Source: a virus | Lineage: Duplodnaviria; Caudoviricetes | Direction: 5' to 3' (one strand) | IMG/VR virus record: IMGVR_UViG_3300048058_000016 | Location: 1 to 24,853 of that record | DNA: 24,853 nt | In this document: positions 7,188-15,420 of the stretch, piece by piece | How the letters are laid out: the number at the start of each line of letters is the position of its first letter | Numbering within the stretch: position 1 is the first letter of the stretch | Made by a program: the position numbers and the translations under genes | The notes under the pieces: model-generated | Database searches by the model: none | The model's input: the letters and a program-made list of their open reading frames with translations, nothing else | Told to the model about the DNA's origin: nothing

Positions 7188-9020
7188 TCAGCTTTGTTTG
7201 ATTACACACCATAAACTCGTATTCTTAACTCTCTTCGCATCCAAAGCACGTGAGCCAACCCACCTTAATCGGAACGACCGTAACCGGTTCCCAATACTCC
7301 TCCCGGTGAGCTTACAGCCCAGCGCTGACAACGCTTCCCGCAGCTCTTCCCAGCCAGACTCATTGGCGGTGAGCAGCCGAGCGATCTTCCCCGAGGTGAT
7401 CCCGTTCAAATCGGCCGTCAGCGGATCTCCATGATCTGCGGCCATGTCGGCGAGACCCTCCAGCAGCGCAGGTAATGCCGACGCATCAGAGTCCGCCACC
7501 TCCCGCAACTTGATCCGGGTCTCGCCGGGATCGCTGCAGCCGGCCCACACTAAAGCGGACCGCACCAAATCGGACCAGTCTTGGAAGCTGCCCCAGGGTC
7601 TCAGCTTCTGATCGGGGCGGCCCGCGACGCAGTAGGCCCGAAGGATCCGCAGCGCTGCAGTGACGAGCCGGCCCCTGTTGTCGGTCACGTAACGGATCAG
7701 GTTGGGGTGCGTGAAGTCGCGTCGGTCCTCTGGCGACTCGAGGGGCGATTCAATACGGACGTGGAGACACCGGCGCGACGTATCGCCTCGGAGTACCACA
7801 TTATTACCAGTGGCGTACCAACACGCACGCAAAGGAAGCTGAGGCCGCTCGTTGCGGCCAAGAATGCGTTCGGCCCATACCGTACTTGTAAGAGCTGCAT
7901 CAAGTGCTCCACTTCCAAGCGCACGGGTGACATTATCGATGAGGACAAGCGGATCGCCCTGGAGCGCGATCGAGGTGATTCGTTTTCGTTCTTCATCTTC
8001 GTCCTTTGCCTGGCTCATGCGGGCCATCGACCGTCCGGTTACGATCGTTGAGGTGATGTCGGCCAGCAACGTCTTGCCACTGCCCCGCGTATTCGCATCG
8101 AACAGTGTGAGCGGTACCGGGCCTGTGAACGCGCTACGGGCCAACGGTGACAGCACTCCAGCGAGCCAGGCCGCTGCATGTGTGCCGTTCTGGAACGGAA
8201 AGTCGCAGACCACAGCGAGCAGCTCGAGCACGGCGGCTTGTGCGTCTTCACGCGTCGGATCGCCTACGTCTGGGTACTCGATGCTGGGCCGCATCACGAT
8301 CGTGCTGGTCGGGTCATATCCAGCATCTTGCAGCACGGTGCCGTCTGGCCGGATGATCGGCGTTTCGCTGACAGCGAGCAGGCGGCGGATCTGTTTCCAG
8401 TGCGTACGCTCGTGGATGTCGCGGACGCACCACTCCGGCGGGTGCGCATCTATCTCGATCGTTCCGGTCTGGGTCTGGCGACGACGCACCCAACGAATGT
8501 GCCGGCTCAGACGGTTGCGGATCTGCGACGGTGCCGCTGCAACGATCCGAAGCGCACCAGGTGCACGGATGATTGGACCGCGCGGCTCCTGCTCGTCGAT
8601 GACGAGACTGATCAGCCCGCCGCGTTGGTACAGATCGGAGCGTGCCGCAAGCACTGTAATCGCTTCGTCGGCGATGTCCATCTCCTGCGTGGTCACCGCA
8701 ATGGTCGGACGCTGATCGGGCTCGGATTCTTCGGGTCCGGTACCCAGCGCATTCGTCACGATCCGCAGCACACCGTGCCGCTTCAGCACTCGCTGGACCC
8801 GTAGCCACTCCTGCGGATCTTCACGCGCGCCCGACACCATGGTGAGCACGGTCTGCGACAGTGCGGCTCCAGCGTCCTTGCCGATCTCGCGGTCTAAAAA
8901 GATGGATAAGTCCGATGGAATGTGGTCGGTGCTAGGCTTCGCCTCGACATTGGCCAAAAACTCTTCCGATTCTTGCGGCGTAGCAAACGGATCGTCCATG
9001 TCGGAAGGGTCGTCAGGCAC
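7188..9020 (-). CDS. Phage replication protein with P-loop ATPase/helicase domain (primase-associated type)
   Basis: 610 aa; PIIRPDGTVLQDAGYD, DFPF, Walker A ANTRGSGKT, Walker B LVLIDNV, ATGNN...RR sensor/Arg finger; start uncertain (no SD). Confidence 0.8.
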   Translation of the reverse strand: MPDDPSDMDDPFATPQESEEFLANVEAKPSTDHIPSDLSIFLDREIGKDAGAALSQTVLTMVSGAREDPQEWLRVQRVLKRHGVLRIVTNALGTGPEESEPDQRPTIAVTTQEMDIADEAITVLAARSDLYQRGGLISLVIDEQEPRGPIIRAPGALRIVAAAPSQIRNRLSRHIRWVRRRQTQTGTIEIDAHPPEWCVRDIHERTHWKQIRRLLAVSETPIIRPDGTVLQDAGYDPTSTIVMRPSIEYPDVGDPTREDAQAAVLELLAVVCDFPFQNGTHAAAWLAGVLSPLARSAFTGPVPLTLFDANTRGSGKTLLADITSTIVTGRSMARMSQAKDEDEERKRITSIALQGDPLVLIDNVTRALGSGALDAALTSTVWAERILGRNERPQLPLRACWYATGNNVVLRGDTSRRCLHVRIESPLESPEDRRDFTHPNLIRYVTDNRGRLVTAALRILRAYCVAGRPDQKLRPWGSFQDWSDLVRSALVWAGCSDPGETRIKLREVADSDASALPALLEGLADMAADHGDPLTADLNGITSGKIARLLTANESGWEELREALSALGCKLTGRSIGNRLRSFRLRWVGSRALDAKRVKNTSLWCVIKQS

Positions 9021-9043
9021 GGCGAGAAGCGGGGCGTGGAAGG

Positions 9044-9397
9044 TTAGCGGAGATCGATGATGCGCAGACTGTTTTGTCGCGCCGCTCTCACCATGTGGGC
9101 CGTTCCGGTACCGCCGGGGAAGGCGATGCAGACACCGTTAGGCTTTGCGGCTTGAGCCATCTCATAGTTGCGCACGAGCGGGGCCCGCTTTGATGCGTAG
9201 TGATCGTAGTCGGGCCGCATCGTTTCGATCTGATACTGCTGCATAGCAGCGACTTCAGCTGCCCATGTATCGACGCCTGACGCGCCGCCCTGCATCACAA
9301 GCTCTGCCGCGAGATAGTCGAGCAGCGTGATCAGGATCTGACGATCGTATCGGCTCGGCACGTAGTCGCGGCCGCCGCAGACGATGACGACTTTCAT
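9044..9397 (-). CDS. SLOG family protein (DUF2493 / YspA-related)
   Basis: VIVCGGRDY, QGGASGVD, APLVRNYEM, IAFPGGTGTAHMV motifs. Confidence 0.9.
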   Translation of the reverse strand: MKVVIVCGGRDYVPSRYDRQILITLLDYLAAELVMQGGASGVDTWAAEVAAMQQYQIETMRPDYDHYASKRAPLVRNYEMAQAAKPNGVCIAFPGGTGTAHMVRAARQNSLRIIDLR

Positions 9398-9672
9398 TCA
9401 TCCAACCTTTCCGCCCTGCCGCTCTCATATCGTTTCGCAAGATTTTGTAACTGGTCCGCATTCAGCAACGTTTGGACCTCAGCCAGTGCAGTGGTGTCAC
9501 GGCCCGCTGCTTCGACCGAATCGGCTAGCGCACGCAGGTCCGCCACCACATCGGCGATCGTCGTCTTGTGCTGCCACTCGCAGCCGGCGAGGAAAGCGGC
9601 CAGCTCTTCGCGGGTGTGGCCATCCAGCGTTTGCCTTCCGGCCTGCTCGCGTCGTTCGGTTGGGTCGGTCAT
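9394..9672 (-). CDS. Hypothetical protein
   Basis: 92 aa, ATGA-coupled on both sides. Confidence 0.7.
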   Translation of the reverse strand: MTDPTERREQAGRQTLDGHTREELAAFLAGCEWQHKTTIADVVADLRALADSVEAAGRDTTALAEVQTLLNADQLQNLAKRYESGRAERLDE

Positions 9673-9941
9673 GACTTCCCCAGTTCGGCTAGCTTTATGT
9701 GATCGCCGCGTTGGACCATGCGCCGAAATGTCTCGACCGCAGCGGCCGAATCGGGGTGACCCTCAGCTAGCAACTTCCCTACGCACATGCTGGCGTACTC
9801 GTCCATCGCCGCGCGCTCGTGCCGTTCGCCGTGGATCTGGCCGGCGATGTGGCCCGCCGATCCGCTCGCGCGATCGTAATCGTCTGCGGCGGACCACCAT
9901 TCTTTCGCTGCTTGCTCGCGTCGTTTGGATGAGTCGGTCAT
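9669..9941 (-). CDS. Hypothetical protein
   Basis: ATG 9941 (MTDSSKRREQA) coupled by ATGA; N-terminus similar to the downstream gene. Confidence 0.7.
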   Translation of the reverse strand: MTDSSKRREQAAKEWWSAADDYDRASGSAGHIAGQIHGERHERAAMDEYASMCVGKLLAEGHPDSAAAVETFRRMVQRGDHIKLAELGKS

Positions 9942-10030
9942 ATCTGCAGCCACCTAAACAACGCATAGGAGGCGGCGACGATCGCCACGAATCCTAACGT
10001 TTGGAGTCCAGTTTTTTCGAGCGTTGTCAT
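9938..10030 (-). CDS. 30-aa putative membrane peptide
   Basis: Not in ORF track; MTTLEKTGLQTLGFVAIVAASYALFRWLQI, ATGA overlaps at both ends. Confidence 0.65.
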   Translation of the reverse strand: MTTLEKTGLQTLGFVAIVAASYALFRWLQI

Positions 10031-10584
10031 GTCGGATCATCCTCCCGGTTCAACTCTTCGATCCGATCCGCAGTCATCGGCGCCGGTTTCTTCCGAGATC
10101 CACTGTTCGACTGCACGATCATCGCATCGTACAAGTCATCCAACGTTTCATCTTGCGCAGTTTGGAACGTCGCCATTTTGCTCGGGTCGTTGGCGCACGA
10201 TTCGATCGCGTTGGCATAGGCCACGACAGCATCGCAGACGTCACGGTGCGCAGCGACGATGGATTTGCACTGCTCCAGCACGCCATCGTACCCATGCTTC
10301 GCGGCTCGGTCCGCATCGGCAAAGACCACATCGCACACGTCCGACAAGATGCCGCCGCTGTGATTCGCCGCCTCGTGCTCGTCGTCCCACGATGACTGCG
10401 CCATGTCGCGCTCGGTCTCGCAGTCGACCAGCATGCTCTCCAACGCTTCGAGTTTGACCCGCATCGCCTCCCGCTCCTGCTGCGCCCGCACACATTGCGA
10501 TTCTGCCTGCCGCCGCAACTCGAGGTGTCGCTGCACCAGATAGATCAGTTCGGTCCGGCCCGTGCCAGCGTAGTCATCAGCCAT
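10027..10584 (-). CDS. Hypothetical coiled-coil protein
   Basis: 185 aa, heptad-rich N-terminal half; in a coupled operon. Confidence 0.7.
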   Translation of the reverse strand: MADDYAGTGRTELIYLVQRHLELRRQAESQCVRAQQEREAMRVKLEALESMLVDCETERDMAQSSWDDEHEAANHSGGILSDVCDVVFADADRAAKHGYDGVLEQCKSIVAAHRDVCDAVVAYANAIESCANDPSKMATFQTAQDETLDDLYDAMIVQSNSGSRKKPAPMTADRIEELNREDDPT

Positions 10585-10957
10585 TGCCCGCCTCCAACCG
10601 TCCGGCCAACCGCTTCAGCTTCTGAGCCTTTTTCTTATCGACCGCAACGGCCCCGACGATGAGCCGGGCTTGCTCCGCCATGATCATCACGTCCGCGATC
10701 TCGGATGCAAGTTCGGACCGTGTAATCCTGCCACGATCTGCGTGATTGATTGCAGCGATCAGTTCGCCGCATTCTTCCTGGAGCATGCGCAGCTGACTCG
10801 CCGGTCCCCATTGCTCGATGGCGTCTTGGTAGATCGACTCAGTCTCGACATCGGCCCGCTTCTCACGGTCTCGCCGCGCCGCATCGCACGGGTTGCATAA
10901 GCGAGACGACCGACTGATCATCGTGGTGAGTTCGGTGCCGCAGTCGGTGCAGTTCAT
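10577..10957 (-). CDS. MazG-like NTP pyrophosphatase with N-terminal CxxC..CxxC zinc finger
   Basis: WGPASQLRMLQEECGELIAAI...LASEIADVMIM...KKKAQKLKRL (EExxE...ExxD); CTDC and CNPC at the N-terminus. Confidence 0.85.
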   Translation of the reverse strand: MNCTDCGTELTTMISRSSRLCNPCDAARRDREKRADVETESIYQDAIEQWGPASQLRMLQEECGELIAAINHADRGRITRSELASEIADVMIMAEQARLIVGAVAVDKKKAQKLKRLAGRLEAGNG

Positions 10958-11199
10958 GCGTCCACCAATGCCAACACCGCGAGAAGTTCGTTCCGGTTGT
11001 AAGTGACAGTCACGGTAACGTCCACATCGTCATCGTCCGTGTTCTGCAGTGCCGATCTAATCGCGCTGGCCTTGACCGGAATCGAAAGAGTGAAGACGGC
11101 TACGTCCAGCACTTCGCCAACGACGAGTTCTGCGCCGGGCGCAGGTTCGGCGATTTGGTCTGCGACTTTGATGTTGTGGATCTTGGATTGGTCTGTCAT
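10954..11199 (-). CDS. Hypothetical protein
   Basis: ATG 11199 (MTDQSKIHNIK) ATGA-coupled on both sides. Confidence 0.65.
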   Translation of the reverse strand: MTDQSKIHNIKVADQIAEPAPGAELVVGEVLDVAVFTLSIPVKASAIRSALQNTDDDDVDVTVTVTYNRNELLAVLALVDA

Positions 11200-11324
11200 G
11201 GCGCGCGCTCCAGGACTCTGACGTGCTCGCCGAGCCGGCACACTTCAACCGATAGGGCTAGTCCGCTCAGGATGAGTAGGCCGACGAAGGTCCAGATGCG
11301 CTGCAGTTCGTTGCGGTGTGTCAC
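11196..11324 (-). CDS. 42-aa putative membrane peptide
   Basis: GTG 11324 overlaps the upstream TGA; hydrophobic IWTFVGLLILSGLALSV. Confidence 0.6.
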   Translation of the reverse strand: MTHRNELQRIWTFVGLLILSGLALSVEVCRLGEHVRVLERAP

Positions 11325-11497
11325 GATTCGATCTCCTCCAGCCACGCGCGGGCCGCCACTGCTTCCTCGCTGAGATTGTCGAACCCGCTCAGATAGCCGA
11401 GCAGCGCTCGCACGTGCACGACTGCAGCGACTAGTTCGACCGCGGCGCACTTGCCCCCATTGGAGCACACGTCGCAATGACAGGCTGTGCCGTTCAT
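11321..11497 (-). CDS. Small Cys-rich hypothetical protein
   Basis: ATG 11497 (MNGTACHCDVCSNGGKC) ATGA-coupled. Confidence 0.6.
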   Translation of the reverse strand: MNGTACHCDVCSNGGKCAAVELVAAVVHVRALLGYLSGFDNLSEEAVAARAWLEEIES

Positions 11498-11766
11498 CGT
11501 CGCCTCGTTACGGCCCGTCGCACCGTCGTGACACCGCAGCCGATCACCGCAGCCACCTTCGCATACGTTCCGAGTTCCTGATACAATCCGCGGATCCGGC
11601 AATGATCGAAGACGCGGGGCCGGCCCGGATCGCACGGAGGGATCCCAGCTTTGCGCGCCTGGTGCCGAAGCGTGCGCCGGTTCATGCCGAGATCGGCGGC
11701 GACACTGCCGGTCGATTCGCCGTTGCGTAGGCGATCAAAACGATCCAACGAACTGCTCCTGCCCAT
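11494..11766 (-). CDS. Tandem helix-turn-helix DNA-binding protein
   Basis: 90 aa; two HTH patterns GESTGSVAADLGMNRRTLR and GTYAKVAAVIGCGVTTVRRAV joined by GRPR. Confidence 0.8.
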   Translation of the reverse strand: MGRSSSLDRFDRLRNGESTGSVAADLGMNRRTLRHQARKAGIPPCDPGRPRVFDHCRIRGLYQELGTYAKVAAVIGCGVTTVRRAVTRRR

Positions 11767-12304
11767 GGTAAGGCGCCGTACCACCAACGACTCCGAGACG
11801 CGGCTCAGCTTCACAATCGATCCTGCGCCGGTCCAACTCGTAACAGAACCGCGCGACTTTGTGCCTGTCGTAATGCTTCGGGAGCATGCGACCAGCAAAG
11901 ATGTCATTGACCTGCCACCACCGGCGCGCCCCGTATCGCTCCATTGCGCGGCGCCACAGCCTGATCGTGACCAGCGTCGAGATCTCCGGGATGTGCAGAA
12001 CCATCGGATCCGCGTCAGGATCCCACCACCGCAGATGCAGCGCGACGCTGAGGCCCTGCGGTCCGCGGCCGAACTCGTTGGGGCCGAGCGTGTGCACGGC
12101 GCACGGATCGCCGCTGCTCTCCCGCACCGTCACGTAGTCGAGTACGGCGCAGGCAGTTCGATCCGCTCCAAGCTCGCGGCACATCCGGGCGACACGTTCG
12201 CGCGTGTCCTTACGCACCGAGCGAGGAGACCGATCACCGGCGGACCAGTCGCCGCATGACGGCGCAGTTAGCGACATAGCCATAGACAGAATTGCACCAA
12301 GCAT
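11735..12304 (-). CDS. Putative lytic transglycosylase (SLT/lysozyme-like) with N-terminal signal or SAR segment
   Basis: ATG 12304; MLGAILSMAMSLTAPSC leader; catalytic-type VRESSGDPCAV followed by GRGPQGL. Confidence 0.6.
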   Translation of the reverse strand: MLGAILSMAMSLTAPSCGDWSAGDRSPRSVRKDTRERVARMCRELGADRTACAVLDYVTVRESSGDPCAVHTLGPNEFGRGPQGLSVALHLRWWDPDADPMVLHIPEISTLVTIRLWRRAMERYGARRWWQVNDIFAGRMLPKHYDRHKVARFCYELDRRRIDCEAEPRLGVVGGTAPYHGQEQFVGSF

Positions 12305-12311
12305 GGGATCA

Positions 12312-12317
12312 AGAATA
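12312..12317 (-). promoter_or_regulatory. Possible -10 element for a leaderless transglycosylase transcript
   Basis: TATTCT 7 nt upstream of ATG 12304 in a 43-bp gap; no SD and no clear -35. Confidence 0.35.
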
Positions 12318-12347
12318 GCGCAGCGGTGACGGTGAGGAATGCGCGAG

Positions 12348-12803
12348 TCACAACTTCCCCGCCAATCCTTCGTTGCCGGACGAGTTACCCGACGCGACAC
12401 CATCGGGGCCGTTCGGATCTTCGGCGGGCTCCTCGGCGACGGGGGGATCGTTCGGACTGCCACCCGGCACGTTGGAGCGCACCCGAATGCAGTCGACGGT
12501 GTTCCGTCCGAACTGAGTCGTGGTCGGATAGATGGTGACGCGCTTGCCGATCCAACCGTCGACGTCGTTCCCATACATACCGGCGATGCTCCGGCAGTTC
12601 GTCACGTTCAGGATGAATCCCTTTTTCTTGCCCTTCATCCGCATCACTGGGCAGTTGTCCTTGCGACCACCCTCTCCGACGATCTGCTCGACCTTGATCG
12701 AAGTGATCGTGACTACCGCATCGACCGGGTTACCCGCCTTATCGAACAGGTCCCACGCTCCGATGAAGTCCTTATCGAACATCGTGCGGTAGTCACGAGG
12801 CAT
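12348..12803 (-). CDS. Conserved phage protein, putative ssDNA-binding/annealing (OB-like)
   Basis: FIGAWDL...VVTITSI...FILNVTNCRSIAGMYG...WIGKRVTIY...IRVR core with acidic flexible tail; close to YqaJ. Confidence 0.6.
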   Translation of the reverse strand: MPRDYRTMFDKDFIGAWDLFDKAGNPVDAVVTITSIKVEQIVGEGGRKDNCPVMRMKGKKKGFILNVTNCRSIAGMYGNDVDGWIGKRVTIYPTTTQFGRNTVDCIRVRSNVPGGSPNDPPVAEEPAEDPNGPDGVASGNSSGNEGLAGKL

Positions 12804-12806
12804 GGC

Positions 12807-13043
12807 CTATCCCCTCCCTCGCAGCACCATGACGGACTCGACGTCATCGTCTGCAATGCTCGGCGATGCTCCGTTGAGCGCTGACACGATGGCGGCGCTC
12901 TTCAATTTGCACACCTCGATCTCGACGTCCTCTGTCGACTTCTCGGCGACGCTCTTCGCATGAGTGCGCGCTTCGGACTCGCGACCGAACCACATCGATT
13001 TTTTCACGGCTCCGTTTTTGACTCTGATTCTGTACGCCTTCAC
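12807..13043 (-). CDS. Hypothetical protein
   Basis: GTG 13043 with SD GGAGG and GTGA overlap (VKAYRIRVK...). Confidence 0.7.
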   Translation of the reverse strand: MKAYRIRVKNGAVKKSMWFGRESEARTHAKSVAEKSTEDVEIEVCKLKSAAIVSALNGASPSIADDDVESVMVLRGRG

Positions 13044-13222
13044 TTCGTCCTCCAGATTTTTTTGCTCATCGGAACTTCCCAGCCCCATAGGCCGTGACTT
13101 TCCAGGTATTTGTGCTTCCGGCCATAGTTGGAATTGTCACCGTTCTGGCCCGGCCGGTTGCGTTGTCGAGCCAGCTTCCGTTTCATCGATTCGCGCTTCT
13201 GTCGTTTCTTACCCTTCGCCAT
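13040..13222 (-). CDS. Small basic protein (60 aa)
   Basis: MAKGKKRQKRESMKRKLARQRNR...; fills the gap, overlapping both neighbours. Confidence 0.6.
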   Translation of the reverse strand: MAKGKKRQKRESMKRKLARQRNRPGQNGDNSNYGRKHKYLESHGLWGWEVPMSKKIWRTK

Positions 13223-14174
13223 CGGGGCTTGCCTTCCTGACTGTGACCCGAAGACTTCTCGACCCCCGGGATACCTTGGTGTGTTTCCTGATGATCTCTT
13301 CGGGCGCTCCCACGTCTTCGGCCACCGCTTTCCAGTCCGTACTGGTCCGGTCCTTCGTGTTGCGGTAGGTGATCGACCAGTCGTCGCCGCGAGCTGCATC
13401 GTGCGTTTCGATCAAGCCGAGCAACTTGGCCCGGGCCAGCTTCTTTTCGGTGTCGACCGCTTTCAGATGCGCCCGCGTCTCGTCGTATTCGCGCGCCCAC
13501 TTTTCGATCTCGGCGAGAGTATCCGCATCTTCGACCGCGGCTTCGGTCGCATCCGGGAACATCTTCTGCAGCCAGTCATTGTCCTGCGCCGTGGGCTCGG
13601 GTCGAACCCCGTCGACGATGTGCCGCTGGTGCCACGAACCGAGCCGGTCGATCAACTGGTCATGCAGCGATGCCGAGCGGTCGACCCAGTACGTTCTGAA
13701 TTCGAACGCGTACCCGCCGATCAGCACCGGCACCATGCAGCGCTGCGTGTCGGGGTGGCACATCAGGTGCACGTGGCACTGGATCAGAACGCTGTCCGGG
13801 ATCTGATCCGTGCCTTCCTCGCCCCAACGATCGGCGACACCGTAGCTGATGGACTTGGTCTCGATTGCGAGCAGTCGACCCTCGAGCCGGCCCAGCGAGT
13901 CAACGGTCGAGCCGAGCCAGTCGTGGTCGTCATGGATCGCAAAGCCCGGCTTCATCAGTTCGGACCCGCCAAGCTCCTGCCGCGCGTAGTCCAGGATCGC
14001 AGGCTCGAGCAAGGTGCCGCGCCGCATCGCTTCGTTCGGCTCTTCGTCCGCAGCGTCGCCTCGGATCCGCTGCCACGCTTCCATCGGCGAGATGTAGGGG
14101 TCGAGACCGAGGCAGGCCGCAGCGGTGGAGGAGGTGATTCGGCCGATTCGGTCAGGGGAGAGGTGGGTCATCAT
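13209..14174 (-). CDS. YqaJ-like viral recombinase / lambda-type exonuclease
   Basis: RIGRITSSTAAACLGLDPYISP, NEAMRRGTLLEP, WLGSTVDS, IETKS, IQCHVHL motifs. Confidence 0.92.
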   Translation of the reverse strand: MMTHLSPDRIGRITSSTAAACLGLDPYISPMEAWQRIRGDAADEEPNEAMRRGTLLEPAILDYARQELGGSELMKPGFAIHDDHDWLGSTVDSLGRLEGRLLAIETKSISYGVADRWGEEGTDQIPDSVLIQCHVHLMCHPDTQRCMVPVLIGGYAFEFRTYWVDRSASLHDQLIDRLGSWHQRHIVDGVRPEPTAQDNDWLQKMFPDATEAAVEDADTLAEIEKWAREYDETRAHLKAVDTEKKLARAKLLGLIETHDAARGDDWSITYRNTKDRTSTDWKAVAEDVGAPEEIIRKHTKVSRGSRSLRVTVRKASPDGEG

Positions 14175-14368
14175 GGTGTAGGTTCCTTCGTTCGCTTGTC
14201 GTGTTCGGCCAGTGCCGTTCTGATGCTGTCCCAGTCGACGAACATAGATACGCTCATATCGAACCCATCCTTATGAATTTGGAGTGCTTCTACACGGATC
14301 GCTAGCACCGTGTCGTCATCGATCCAAAGTTCGGGATCGATTCCTTCGCGGTTCCAGTGCGGCATCAC
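14171..14368 (-). CDS. Hypothetical protein
   Basis: GTG 14368/ATG 14365 (MPHWNREG) with GAGGA upstream; coupled both sides. Confidence 0.65.
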   Translation of the reverse strand: MMPHWNREGIDPELWIDDDTVLAIRVEALQIHKDGFDMSVSMFVDWDSIRTALAEHDKRTKEPTP

Positions 14369-14550
14369 AGCATCCTCGCTCTGAACTGAGCCATCACGCC
14401 TAGCGGCGTCCGGTGCCAGCATCCGTCTTGTTCCACAGCGAGACCAAGCGCGCACAACTCGGCGACACTGGCCGGGCTACACTTCGCACCGAGCAGCGCA
14501 ACGATCGCTCCATCGCTGAGCTGGTGCAGGATTGCGTCGGCTTCGCTCAT
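14365..14550 (-). CDS. Hypothetical protein (possible winged-helix fragment)
   Basis: 61 aa; TAATG-coupled; ELCALGLAVEQDGCWHRTPLG resembles a wHTH wing. Confidence 0.6.
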   Translation of the reverse strand: MSEADAILHQLSDGAIVALLGAKCSPASVAELCALGLAVEQDGCWHRTPLGVMAQFRARML

Positions 14551-15212
14551 TACTGTGGTCTCACCGGCATGATCACGGCGAAGATGCCGGGCGCCTTGAC
14601 CGTGATCGGCTCAAGCGGCCTCGACCATTCAAACGTAACCTCATCGCCCTTCGCCAGGCCGCGCAACGTGTCCTGTAGATAGGACCGATTCGCGAACACC
14701 TGCGCCGCTTCGCCCAGCATCGGACCATCCGAGGTCATGCCACACGCATCGTTGTTTTCCAGGACTGTGGTCTCACGCAGAGCTTTGCGGGCCTTCGTTA
14801 CAGTCGTCACCCACGATCCCTTCGGCGACTTGATCGCTCCGGTCACGTTGCGATAGGGCGCAAACTGGTGAGCGGTGGAGCGCCGCTGCGTCAGAGCGAT
14901 CTTGGGTTCGCCCGGAACGAAGCAGTGAATCGTAATCGAGCCCTCTTCAACGCTGATCTGAATCTGTCGCGGCGTATCCGGGTCGTGCATGTGCAGCGCT
15001 GCATCGAGCAATCGACGCGGAACGGTGACAGGCTTCTCAGGGTCGCCCACGTCCATACCTTCCAGGATGTGCAGCCGATGTCCGTCCGTTGCGACCACGG
15101 TGCCGCCCGGCTCGATCAGTAGCTGGCTGATGCTGAGGCGCGCAGGTTCGGAACTGCATGCGATGAGCGCTCGTCGGAGATCTGTGCGGTTGAATGAGAT
15201 TAGATCGGCCAT
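14550..15212 (-). CDS. DNA polymerase III beta-clamp-like protein (truncated, about two domains)
   Basis: ATG 15212 with SD GGGGAG; 220 aa; VVATDGHRL, VTVPRR, FAPYRNV, NRSYLQDTL and C-terminal AVIMPVR match DnaN motifs. Confidence 0.8.
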   Translation of the reverse strand: MADLISFNRTDLRRALIACSSEPARLSISQLLIEPGGTVVATDGHRLHILEGMDVGDPEKPVTVPRRLLDAALHMHDPDTPRQIQISVEEGSITIHCFVPGEPKIALTQRRSTAHQFAPYRNVTGAIKSPKGSWVTTVTKARKALRETTVLENNDACGMTSDGPMLGEAAQVFANRSYLQDTLRGLAKGDEVTFEWSRPLEPITVKAPGIFAVIMPVRPQ

Positions 15213-15213
15213 G

Positions 15214-15420
15214 TCAAATGCTCCCCTGCAGCGCATCGATCAACGCCTCGCGACAGACCGAGCGCAGCGCACCGTGCTCCGGCGCAACGCGAAAGCTGGG
15301 ATCGTCCGAACCGAACCGGCTCTCGACATCGGTGCAGTCGACCCAGCCGATCGCCTCGATCTCGATGGCGACGTGGTCCGGGCTCTGTTGCTCGGCGGAG
15401 ATTGCGACGGGGCTAGGCAT
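15214..15420 (-). CDS. Hypothetical protein
   Basis: ATG 15420 (MPSPVAIS), 68 aa, tiles the operon. Confidence 0.6.
   Translation of the reverse strand: MPSPVAISAEQQSPDHVAIEIEAIGWVDCTDVESRFGSDDPSFRVAPEHGALRSVCREALIDALQGSI

Noticed and set aside
13128-14276. 382-aa plus-strand ORF and other long antisense ORFs (e.g. 1798-2649, 7852-8715, 16873-17715)
   Set aside because: Shadows of well-supported genes in high-GC DNA; no motifs
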